Assembly (NCBI GenBank): GCA_951406725.2
Contig: OX597819.1
Location: 118,172,001 to 118,236,000 of the forward strand
From: Octopus vulgaris
Taxonomy: Eukaryota
Direction of reading: 5' to 3'
Length of the DNA: 64,000 nt
The notes under the pieces are model-generated. The model was not told the DNA's origin. It did not search any database and worked only from the letters and a program-made list of their open reading frames with translations. The position numbers and the translations under genes are program-made. Below are positions 12,996 to 25,574 of this stretch, piece after piece (the first letter of the stretch is position 1; every line of letters starts with the position of its first letter).

Positions 12996-13877
12996 ATCGA
13001 TATATATATATATATGAGTGTATATACATAATCTAATTACAGATATTAGAAAAGTGTTCTCGCTCTGGATGGCTCTGAGAGAACCTCAGCAGGATACCGT
13101 TCCTATGTTAATGCGGTATCGAGGAGAATCTTCGTTACGAATCTATTGCTCTGTTCCGGTTCGAACATGCAATTTAAATATTTTCACTGATATTGTAATC
13201 AGTTATATTCTTCAGACACAACACATTATATATACTTACATTTCCATAGCGCCAATGCTACTCATGTTAAGAATATAGCTCCTCCAATCTCGCATACTGC
13301 AACGGAAACCAACACGCACGGTCATAACATTTACTACGCACTCTAACATGTCACTGCCAACTATTTCAAACACCAACAAGGAGTATTGTACATGGAAATT
13401 CACTTCTATTTACACATGTTGCCCTACACTGCAGTTATCATCAGTGGGTGAACGAACCTATGAAACTTGCAGTTAGAAGCTTGACATGTTATTGAACTTT
13501 AAGGTTTATTCTGATAACAGGCTGTTATCACAGCCTACACTTAAGAGCAGTCAATAGAATTCAAAATGCCCAGAGTGATTGCTAGCATCTGACACTAATG
13601 CTGGTTAAGTAGGAACCCCGGTCAAGTGTGATGAGAAGAGAGAGTGGTAGAAGCAGAGGGACAGAAGAATTAAGGAGGGGCGAGAAAAATGACAGGGACA
13701 CAGTGAATTCGAGGGAAAGTGAGCAAAAAGAGAAGGCAAAGAAATGTGAGAGTGGGAACGAAAGAACGAAGAGTGGAAGGAACGAATAAGCGTAATAGGG
13801 CTGGTAGACTGAAATGGAGTCGTACAAAATTTAGAAAAATGTATACTTGCATATAAGCGACCAAAGAGCACGTACGC

Positions 13878-13909
<32 letters not shown>

Positions 13910-13912
<3 letters not shown>

Positions 13913-14280
13913 CGCAGGAGTGGCTGTGTGGTAAGTAGCTTGCTAACCAACCACACGGTTGCGGGTTCAGTCCCACTGCGTGGCATCTTGGGCAAGTGTC
14001 TTCTGCTATAGCCTCGGGCCGACCAATGCCTTGTGAGTGGATTTGGTAGACGGAAACTGGAAGAAGCCTGTCGTATATATGTATATATATGTATATGTGT
14101 GTGTGTTTGTGTGTCTGTGGTTGTCCCCTAGCATTGCTTGACAACCGATGCTGGTGTGTTTAGGTCCCCGTCACTTAGCGGTTCGGCAAAAAGAGACCGA
14201 TAGAATAAGTACTAAAAGGTGGTGCTCCAGCATGGCCGCAGTCAAATGACTGAAACAAGTAAAAGAGAAAAGAGAAAGAG

Positions 14281-14281
<1 letters not shown>
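13910..14281 (+). mobile_element. SINE family 1 copy, close to consensus
   Basis: aggcgcaggagtggctgtgtggtaag...gggttcagtccc...gggcaagtgtcttc; flanked by (TA)n on both sides. Confidence 0.88.
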
Positions 14282-14337
<56 letters not shown>

Positions 14338-14341
<4 letters not shown>

Positions 14342-14500
14342 CAAAATGGGACAAGAACACAAAACATCCAGACAGTTTGGTGATACAATAATGGGACAAC
14401 AAAACATCCAGATAGACGACACAAAGAAAACGAGGACGGGTCATTCGAAGTTTTCTTTCCTCAGTCGAGTACCAGATTATTTTCGCAATTTCGGCCGAGC
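14338..14500 (-). mobile_element. (TA)n-anchored short element, family B (second copy at 46640-47000)
   Basis: Shares atgggacaagaac.caaaacatccagacag...gacacaaagaaaac.aggacgggtca.tcg.agttttct.tcctcagtcgag with 46646-46735; abuts a TA run. Confidence 0.7.
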
Positions 14501-15161
14501 TGCTTGAGAATAAAATTTTATTTAAGGGGAGGAAATATATTTATTGGAAAACCCAATACACTTTCATAGAATGTGGTGCATATATTGTAGCACACCCATA
14601 GGAAAAGTCTATTCAATGTAACAGCCATCAGCTTTCATTATTGCTACCATATAGCCTCTGAAACAATTAAATGCTATAATGAATTTATCGTTATTCATGT
14701 TGGATATAATACAGCCAAAAGCAGACAATCAACAAATTCTTTGTACTGTGTGCATACCGTTTGGCCTTCCTCTCAACGATGCTCGAGGCGTATTAGGGCA
14801 AGGGTCAAAATATCTAATATCAGGGGTTATGACTTGAACATGAACTTTTTCGGATAGCCACCTTTGTTTCCTACTGGGTTTGAAAGAGCAGGCACTCTCT
14901 TGCCGGAAGAAATTAGATTTTCTCTTGCTAAGTCCTTGCGTAGAAATGTGAGTAAGCATAGCATGCTCTTTATTACTCTCGACACCAAGACCAAGATAGA
15001 CCCAAGAATTTGATGTGGTCATCAGTGAGAACTACTGTAGCGGTGGATCAGAGCAATTTGTTATTCCTCCTGTTCACTTTTTGATCTCGAAAAAGGTTTT
15101 TGCTATTTGAGAAGTGGACACATCATGTGCTTGAGTTTGTTGAAGATGTAGATTATACTAT

Positions 15162-15345
15162 AGGGAGAGTTTACGAAAAAAACAAAAGACGAAGACAGGT
15201 GGTGTACAAAACAAACAGATGTATTAGCATAACGCTAATGAATAGAAAAAGTATTTTACGTTTCGAGCCGACGCTCTTTTACAGAAAGGGACACAGAAAA
15301 AACAAGGAGAGAAACAAGGAGAGTAAAAAATGTTTGTAGTGGCTA
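15162..15345 (-). mobile_element. (TA)n-anchored short element, family A, with degenerate minimal hammerhead motif
   Basis: Minus strand ccttt-CTGTAAA-a-GAGC-gtcg-GCTC-GAAAC-GTA-aaa; homologous to copies at 42850, 49684, 53658 and 62222. Confidence 0.7.
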
Positions 15346-15910
15346 ATCATAGTGGGCATGAACTGCTCTATTCCCTTAACATAGGATCTGTTTTTGGTGT
15401 ATTCCTCCACAACACCTCTAATAGTTGAACCTGACACATTGGCATGATTGACAATGGCTTTCATTAATTTTACCATAATTCTGTTGATGATATCCTGGAC
15501 TTGTACATACTCAGGATTTATAGCAATATTTGACTGTTGAGATTGCTTTCATTATTTCAGCTCCAACAAGCAAGCATCTTATTTAACACAGACGATGAAA
15601 AAACAAACCATCCACTTGACTAGGTTGCTAACCAACGAAAGTGATTTTTGAGACTGAAATCTTTATATTTATCGCTTGTTTAAGAAAAAAATAACTTCAG
15701 ACATTCTTTGTGAAAGTGTCTTCCGCGGTTAAAGCAACAAAGCATTCTCAACGGTCAGATATTAGTCAATTTTGTGCCATTTACGGTGGTTCAAACAGAT
15801 TTGTTCACATAGTAGCTGTATGCGTATATATGCACACACACACATGTACACACGCACGCATACACGCACACGCATATATGTATATAATACATATACGTGC
15901 ATATATATAC

Positions 15911-15964
<54 letters not shown>

Positions 15965-15969
<5 letters not shown>

Positions 15970-16223
15970 GAAATGAAGAAAATGCTGACAAATAATTGAA
16001 GTAATTTAAGTAATTTAATTAGGTGAAAGTTCTTTTTACCGGTTGCGCATTTGTTATGCTTATCAAAATATAAAAGAGAGATTAGAGTTCCAGAAAGGAA
16101 CTCTAATCTCTCTTTTATATTTTGATAAGCATAACAAATGCGCAACCGGTAAAAAGAACTTTCACCTAATTAAATTACTTAAATTACTTCAATTATTTGT
16201 CAGCATTTTCTTCATTTCCTTTT
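15965..16223. repeat. Perfect palindrome, 127-bp arms, 5-nt loop, between (TA)n tracts
   Basis: Arms 15965-16091 and 16097-16223 are exact reverse complements around the loop agaaa; ORFs 15762..16145(-) and 16043..16459(+) share near-identical N-termini as a result. Confidence 0.95.
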
Positions 16224-16255
16224 TTATATATCACCACTCGTGTTCGACATCTCCT

Positions 16256-16362
<107 letters not shown>

Positions 16363-16541
16363 CATATACACACATATTTCTGTGTGTGTATGTGTAAGAT
16401 GCAAGGATCAAGCTATAGGTAATCCGTTGAAAATATACAAAGGTAACTTCCAGGAATAATATAGAGGTTTCATGTAGGCATAAGGTTCATTATTTTTCCC
16501 ATGTCGAAGTGCGATAAGCTAAAACAGGGTTGACAGTTATA

Positions 16542-16574
<33 letters not shown>

Positions 16575-16579
<5 letters not shown>

Positions 16580-16761
16580 ATACAATATGTTACATTACTC
16601 GGTAGTCAAGATAAAACTCTGAGTTTCAGATGCCGAAGTGGAAATCCACAACACCATCTCTTCGCAGATAACCGAAGAGATGGTGTTGTGGATTTCCACT
16701 TCGGCATCTGAAACTCAGATTTTATCTTGACTACCGAGTAATGTAACATATTGTATAGATA
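16575..16761. repeat. Near-perfect palindrome, about 90-bp arms, 8-nt loop
   Basis: 16575-16664 versus 16673-16761, with a single 1-nt indel; loop cagataac. Confidence 0.95.
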
Positions 16762-19700
16762 AATTTCCTCTATTTACATAATATTGAGGTCTCTTTCTTT
16801 CTTTTGTTATCTTACCGTTTTATCAATATATATATATATATATATAACACACAGATATGTATGCACATATATATATATATATCTAAATACATATACACTT
16901 TACATACATGTATGTGTCTGTCTGTCTTTCTGTTAGTTCATGTATGTTTGTATATATTTATGTAAACGTATTTCCATTATACATTTCACCAGTCTATATC
17001 AGTTTTTTTTCGTTTTATGTTGTGTTTTGTGGTTCGTAAAATTATTGTTGGGATTTGAATAAAATGTAGTATCTATGAGAGTATGGATAGTGAGACAGCA
17101 TGTACACAGCTCCGGGAGATGCAGGGAGAGAAAAGAAGTAGTTTTATTACATAGGCCTAACGTTCAGACACTCGTCGTATATACTAGATTGTAGTATATC
17201 ACCTCCTTTATATTTCTGTCTTTTTTTCCAACAGCTGGCACATGCAATTGCTGCTCTTCTTGTGTGTGACAATACTTCAATCCATTTTCTACAGTTTCTG
17301 AGACTTCTGAGACCTACTCTCTTATATATTAATTTGTAGCATTTGATCTCCATCGCACTTTTATTCGGGAATTTAGTTTCAAACGATTTCAATACACCTC
17401 AGATACACGTTCTAAAGGAAGAAGGAAATATTAAGTCTTAATACAAAAAATAATCACCCCAAGCAATCCGCTAAAATTTCGTTCGTTGATTACGTTAAAT
17501 ATGCTTGTTGCTATTTAAATATGTTGTTTGCGCAACGAACATCCACAGTAACTTTCACCAGTTGTTCTTTAAAGACGTGAGTTTGTGTGTGTATGTGGGC
17601 ACGCGCGAAACGTGTGCGTGTATGCGTTGTGCATGTGCGCGTGCGTAGTGTGTGCGCACGTGTGGTTCTGGAAATTCAATAAGTACTTGTTAAATAGGAA
17701 ATTCGCTTCGTCACTTAGTTTTCATTCGAGTTTTTCATTCAGAATTCCAGTTGTCATCCTTACATTTCTTTATCTAAATCATTAAGGCCAAGAACTTCCT
17801 TCTTTATTTTGCTTGTAATTTTGGCTAAAAAAAACAGTGTTGCTGACACGGCATGTTTTATCACGCTGCTGTGCTTTATCACAATGCTTTATCACGCTCT
17901 TTATAGGTTATATAGACGTCAAAGAGCTAGTATCCTGGATGTCAAGAGTCGTAAGAATGATTGCGGTTAAATCTTCCCTACCGATATATTATATGATGTT
18001 GACGCGTGAGTCTAAATTGATGTAACATTGAATTCTATAAAATTTAATAATGAATAGTGTAAATATTATTTCAACGGCTTTTATCAACTGCTTGCAGCAT
18101 CAGCAATAGTTAAGTCACCAGTGCTAGACCTAGCAATATACTGCAAAGTTTAATGTAACTTTTAACTTTGTATAAGGCAAGGAATTCTCTATTGGTAGAA
18201 TATACTTGCACATAGTAATTATCTTAGGATCATATCCATAATAAGCCTGCTGTATTCCTAATGATGGTTCTTCAATTTAAGAATTACTATGTTCTAAGTA
18301 ACAAACGGTTTCTGCTAGCGGGCATCTACAGGATACCTTGTCTTGATAAGAACACGGGTTCGCTTTAATCCTCTTGAATATTTTATAGGTTTCCAATTAA
18401 AGTACGTTTGATTAACATTCGTTCCTATTTGCTCTAGTGTTAAAATACATTATTTCTATTCCTAATGAACAAGCATAAATATTTTATACGGTGAGGTAGT
18501 AATCAATTTCTATGTCAAGCAAGCCTAGATAGAAGACGACTATCCTTTCCTCACACAAATATTAACTTTCGCCAATTATAATCATCATATTCGTTCCCGT
18601 ATCCTTTGTAAATTCGAAAGCCTGGGGAGAAAAAAAGCCATCATTCTGTTATCAATTTCAAAAAACGTTCATATTCACCATCCCTTAAATTTGTGGCGTG
18701 TTTGTGCCTCTGCATCATTACAAAAAATAATTTAGCCGCTCACTGTGTTAATGGCTGTCATACTTAAATAGTTCACTAATTTGATTAATCGATTTGTTTC
18801 ACTCAGAGCAATATTTTTCTTTCCTTTTTTTTACCATGAAAATTCGTGAAAATATTTTCTTCCGTGGTAGCAGCTGCAATAATATTAACTACAAGTACTA
18901 TTTGCTGTTGAAGTGCAGTTTTTATTATTGCTGTTTTTTATAACAAACCAATATTTCAATTAATTAACGTTGATTTCACATGCCAACCAAATGTTTATTT
19001 ATTGATTGTCTTCTTCTTTTTTCCAATTTTCCTGTCAAATGTTATCAGCATTTATTCAAACTCTCAACGTTGTCAGTAACTGTGGAATTTGTGTTACTTG
19101 AGACAGTTAAAATATTCACATTTACAATGACTTTTAATACCGCTATAACAAATTTGTAAAACTTGTGATTTTACAACACGCTTCCTTAAATTAAAAGAAG
19201 ACGAGATAATTTAAAGGGTGCTATTTAACGAAGACTACTAATTACTAGAAACAGTAGTGTATTGAAATTTTATTTCTTGCTGTGTGCATTTACATTATGA
19301 ATTCGCGTGCCACCAAGGCTGCCATTTACGTTTCACAAAATCAAAAGTGACGCAGTAACATAATTTCTGTCCGAGACAACGGGTTTTGAATCATGATGTT
19401 CACGGATAACAGAGATAAACGAATCACTATTTTCTCTCATAGTCCCTTTACGCCGGTGACTCGCGTATAAGATGAACGTTTATCGGGTAAATAGAGTAAG
19501 TACACTCATTTGATAAACAACAAGGGATCAGATATTCTGAAGTGCAACTCTGCCAGATATTATGAATATATGTTATTATTTGGATTCTAACTGTTATGCA
19601 AGCAACCATGAAATTATGTTTGGCATACATCGAATATATATATATGTTTTTTTTTATTCCTTTAAACAATAACTCATGCTATTTAAAATTCATTTCTCCG

Positions 19701-21265
19701 GTGAGGTGCCTTTGATTGAGTTTCTGGAAGTACACTTACACCGTGTGTCCAGGTTACATTCACGAGTATTGTGAGCACAGATCACCTAAAAAGGGTGAGT
19801 TCTTCTTCAATATCCAAAACAGAAACGTATTATAAATGAATAGATATGTTATTGTCTTAAACATCAACAAGGAGGTCCCATTGGGTCCAAGCGAAAGCGT
19901 ATTCGTGATCACTCTCGTATCTGACTCCAGAATCATAGAATATACGTTGCATCAAATCTAGCCCCTAGTATTCGGCACTCAAATTATCATATAACGGTGC
20001 ATTCTTATGTACAGGTATGCTTCTGAATTATATATACTACTTCAGGGCTGGTGTGTGGCTTTAAGAACGCTAACATATAGCTACTTTGATTGATATACTT
20101 CAGCATTTCAACGTATGCTAGTAATGATTTCCTTAGTAGGTACAATGACATACAGTATACAGAAGAGTGGTAAGAATTTGTCCACGCAATAAAGTTTGAA
20201 AAAATTTTCCCACCAGGCAAAATGAGCCATGGATATCACCATGGCATTTGATATCGCTCGACTTAATGAAAAAAGTTTAGATATACTTACTCGTAACATT
20301 AAAAACACTACACAGTCATGAACTAGTATACCAGTTTTGATTAAATGATGACGGTTTTGTTTCTGTTATGGGAAGGTTCACGGCTCACATGATAGTTTAG
20401 TCAACTTCTCGCGTTTCAGTGACTGCTTCGCAAAAGTAAAAGCTTTAAATTCAACATAAAATTCACGCCCAGCTTTTAAAAAGTTTGTGTCGACGTTTTC
20501 GACACAAGAATTTAAGCCGAATAGTTACAGTGTTGTTTTGCACACCTGCTTCCTCCCACATATTGATTCCAATAAAAACTAATTTAAAGCTTCTGGAAGC
20601 TCTACCCTGGAAAAAGCGCAATTCATCTTGCAACAATATTAGTCAAGTGAGGTTCCCCCCATAAATTATGACAGAAATGGATTGCACCTCTTGTCATTTA
20701 ATGTACGCAACACGGTTCACCAAATCGAACATTTTGTTTATCTTAGTTGTGCAACAGAATAAAAGTAGATAAAAGAGTGAACGACCATGGCTAGGACGTA
20801 AGACACGATAACATCATTTCGGTCGATCATTTTACATGAAACGACCCTAAATTTAAAGAACATCTGAAAGTAAACATTCTCAGAAAATGTTCTGATTCCA
20901 CTGTATTTTTAGTCCTCAAAATGCCTGAGAATAAATATATTTGTGAAAGACTATCGATAAGGCCTTTATGAACAAACAACATCACAAAAGGATTCTATCA
21001 TATTTACACAGAACGTTTTCACTGTGTTCTCTTTCTTCCATTCCCTTTTCGTATTTTTTCGTTCTTCCTTTGTTATAATGTATAAATAAACGGAAGTTGA
21101 TGACGGTGTTGTTTTCGTAACGGAACGTAGAATATTTTAAATCTCTGCATTTCTGCACATTTTTTATTTTTAACCTGAAAAAGACATATTCTCTCGGAAT
21201 ATTATTTACCCCAAAATAGTGATTGTTCATCGTATCGTACTCTTATTCTGTAATAAATCAAAAAA

Positions 21266-21268
21266 ATG

Positions 21269-21337
<69 letters not shown>
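21266..21337. repeat. (AAT)n microsatellite
   Basis: Pure aat run; source of the poly-N and poly-I ORFs. Confidence 0.95.
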
Positions 21338-21340
<3 letters not shown>

Positions 21341-22058
21341 TTAATAATACAGTTGATTATAACGACGATGTCGAGGATAACAATAATAACGAGTATGACG
21401 ACGATGATGTTGATAATGATGATATCGAACACACGATTGGGTACTCTGTATTGAAGCTTAGACGATTATTGCGGAAAGAAGCTTAATAATTTATTGATGA
21501 ATTTTAACAAGAGATTACTGATCACGGTTGCGCAAGGGGACATTTAGAGAATATATAGCTGTGACGACACCACTCTAGAAGAGAAAAAAATAGGTGAAAA
21601 GCTGTTAAATTTTAAATGGATCTGTAATGAGTTAAAATGTGATTGGATTTTTACAGAATGATTCTTACACAGACTCAGCAAAAAAATATTGAACCAAGAA
21701 TTCTTTACAGATTAGAATAACGTAATTTCGTCCACGTGCTCTATTTGTGAGCTATCTGAGTTTTCATCCCAAATATATTCTTAAAGGTCAATGATATTCG
21801 GTATTGCAAACTGACTGGCATTTCAACTGTGTTGTTACAGTTTCTGATTTTTCTCTTCAGATCAACCCTACTTTCCAAATCCATGGCAGCCGTTAATACC
21901 AAGCCTTTTTCTTAGCTGTATCCTCACCTTGTGAAAGGTGGATGGAATTACTAACAAGTCAATTGCATATGCACACTTTCCTAAGTTTATAGTGAATGGA
22001 ATTGATTTCTTTCAGTTTATTATGAAAAGCATTCTAACTATTCACATCCAGTAAATTT

Positions 22059-22122
22059 ACTCTATTGTTTAAATTACTCGAACGTACTAACTAGTAAGTT
22101 CGAGTAATTTAAACAATAGAGT
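22059..22122. repeat. Perfect 25-bp inverted repeat, 14-nt spacer
   Basis: actctattgtttaaattactcgaac ... gttcgagtaatttaaacaatagagt. Confidence 0.9.
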
Positions 22123-25100
22123 TCCCATTGCGTGACATTAAGTTGTTGATTCTAGTAAATCGAGCATGAAAATTATTCTCTTGTGGTCCGTATACAGAGA
22201 CACTTCCACAATTATATTGATCCTCAGTGACATTGCACTAGAGAAACTTCAGTAGCGGGCACAAGATCACATGTATTTATCAGTCACCTTACGCATTCCA
22301 TCTAAACTGTTTTCTTTAAACCCAAGCATTCTTTTCAAAAATAGAATCAACACATATACACTCAGATAAATACACACACATAGATAATAATGTTTGCTTA
22401 GGGGCGTGTCCATTTTTCCTCCCAAACTTTCATTTCATGTGATAATTGCCTTCTCCATCGGCACCACTTGAGTGAAGCATCTCAATGTTTTAATATTCTA
22501 CACCAACTCTCAAGTTTTAATATTTGTTTCACCCATTCTCTCATATTTTTTGCCACACACTCACACACACACTTTCTCTAGATATCACCTTGTCTGTTTG
22601 TCTCTCTCTCACTTTCTGTGTGCATCTTTTTGTTATTCTTCTTTCTCACTCCTGGACTGATGTCAAATACTTTTATTTCCGCTCCTCTGCACTTGATTGT
22701 TTTCATGCATTTTCCCATTTCATATTCGCGTTCCACTTTCACAACTTTCTGCCTATTATTTTCCTCTTTGCCTGTACTTCTCTAATTCTCTCAATGGTCT
22801 CTTTTACTTCTTGTTTCTGTGTATTTCTGTCTTGTTTTATTAAAAGTATTGCAAAAACTTTTATCCCAGCAAATGAAGCAGTAAGGCTCAGTTTTAGCGA
22901 GGTACTGAGTATGTCGAGTTTCCAAATCTGATGGTATACAAGCCTTCAGCGTCTTACTATAACTGAGTTAGCAAAGTAGGTTATCAAATTTCGAGTATGT
23001 CTGTTTAAATCATGGTTACGAGTGAATATGCTGTTCTCATTAAGAAGTGATTTGCTAAAAGTGACACATCACTACTGTCAGGGAAAGTTGTTGCCCATTT
23101 AGGGACAACATCTGCTGCAATTGTAAGTGATTTTTTAGGTGTATAAACAAATGAACATCAGCTGTAAGGAAAGAAAGATATTGCCACCAATAATTCAGCT
23201 TCCAGTAGACGTGAGACACGACATCAAAATGAACTACCAAACAAGCTGCAGATGAATAGCTGAAACTCTGGGCGAAAGACAAGCAGATCTCCAGTAGCCA
23301 TTCGTTGAACGGATAAAAGATAGACATTAAGAAACCTTTCAACAGAGGTATGCCAGACTAAATGCCAGTTTCCAGATAAATCCAAAATTTGGTCACAGAA
23401 TTAAAATTGAGGATAGTTTTCTACTGTTCCTTCCTATCCAAGACATTGGCTGCTCACGTTATCTTAATATTCTTCAATTCAGTGAATCAATACTAATTTG
23501 TCTTCCTGCGATTTCTAGTTACAATTTCCGCTTTAAAGATGTAAAACAACCGCAAGAGTTCTATCCATTTCTGTCAGACACTGCATTAGTAGCGATAAGA
23601 CATTTTACATATTTCCGAGTGGAAATGATACCCTTATATACAACACTTGAAAATGGCCTGTGTGTTTACTTCACTAAATTAATTGCTGGAAAGTGAATTC
23701 AAAGCTCCAGCTGAGTCTGTTGTATCCATTTCTAAAATCGTTGCAGCGGCCTCGGATGCACCCTTGTGTTACTACTGCATGTACCACAACGAAATGGAAA
23801 TTAAGACTTGAAGTTATCCCTGTCGAAGCGTCACGTGTCGTTTGTCACCGCCATTGTAATATAGCACGCTGCACACTCAGTCAACAACAGTGCAGCCATT
23901 AATTGCAAGGCGATTATCATCACCGAGGCACTTAATTTACACTTGGATTGCTTGTGTACAATGCCTATACGATGTAATAGTGGCAAAAGCCTTTCTGAAG
24001 TATTTCAAACAATCAAAGCAAAAATCTTTGACGTAATATTATTGTACGATTAAAATGCTCTTTGCCATTAAATTCATTTCATATTTAGCTAATGTATCAA
24101 ATCTAACCCAAATATTCTGGTATTGGTATGTATTGCATTTATAGCAGCTGCAATGCAGTCGCCTTAGACAAGTCCATGCATAAATACAGTCAGGAATTCA
24201 GAGATATGACTTCTTTCCGATTAATCATACGGAAGCCAATAATTTATATACATATACGCTTTTATATGAATATCAAATATTCATCACAATGAACCCAAAT
24301 ATACTGCAGATCTAAAAGCATTCTATTCCGCTGCCCTCTTTAAAATATGAGAACAAAGTGGATTAATCTTTCTTGTTTCATTTGGTGGACATTCCCATTC
24401 AGTTTCCTGCGTGCCCCTGTCGATAAAGACATAGGTACTGCCGTTGTTTCTTTTACGTACTGCCAACTCATTCTCTCCTAGAAGTCGAGCAGAATATTAG
24501 ATTTCCCAATCTCACGTCAACGCTGTAATATTAATGCACCAGACAATTCCAAATGCTTGTCTATGAGGAATGGAAAATAGCAGAGCAGAAACTCCGGAGG
24601 ATATGCCAAGAAATTACAGTGATTGCGGGTCAGTCGGTCAGCGATGGTGTTGCCAGATGGCTTCCGTCGCAACGTGCTATTTTCCCAATATGATAATAAA
24701 CTGAGGAAATTTGTGCTTAGCTCCGATCAAAATTTCTTTAAATTAAATTGTTCAAATTCTTTACGCCACAATACAATTAGGGATGGATGGTCTGATCACT
24801 CTACCAGCTAATCTAGTTAGTGAAGTAAGCCTTCTTCTCTTATGAGATTGTTCGGTTCCTGAAGTATTGGTATTATTACAACTAGTCTGCTGTGTTCGAC
24901 TTTGCCTTTCATCGTTTCTGCACTCTATAAAATAAGTACCGATTGCGCACTGGAGTTGAAAGAACAGACTTAACCTCTTATCCAAAAATACTGGCCTTGT
25001 GCCAAAGTTTGAAACCAAGCTCCTGCTTCACACGCACCAATGTTGACACAACGTTTGGAAATATATCTACACGACTTCCAATAAGAAGTTTGTTGGTATC

Positions 25101-25574
25101 ACGTAAATAAATAACTGCAATAGATGTGTCTTGGGAGTGGCAAACTGTAGCCAGCAATAGACTTAACAGAAACGTTTTCCGAGATCTCCTATATTTACCA
25201 AGGGAAACAATTCTATCTTTTTACTGTTCTTTATAAAAAGATAGAATAGAATGCTCCTAGACCTCGAGTATATTTGAGCTCGTTGTAATGAATATATAAC
25301 TAACAACTGAAATAGTTATATACAAGTAAGTATAGAAGAGTAAAAAGCAAATAAATTAATATTGAATGTATTTTCGAATCACCTTTGTAACTGATTCATC
25401 CAAATAATTGTGGATGACGTTTGCAGCCATTACCGTAAAATGTAGCACAAATCAAATGAGTATTATGAAAAGGGATACATTACACTTTTGTATCGTCTAC
25501 TGTGATACAAACTTCAACTTATAAACGGACAACCAGTAGTACTTACACTATATTTTTCAAATATATTATATTTA

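Noticed and set aside
14700-15700. Possible hAT-like transposase remnant (NHANVSGSTIRGVV) on the minus strand
   Set aside because: Only weak resemblance to DNAxxMxGxxxGV; boundaries cannot be defined by eye.
17147-17450. ORF with FETKFPNKSA, possibly a DUF4817-type HTH remnant
   Set aside because: Too degenerate to call; not a credible host exon.
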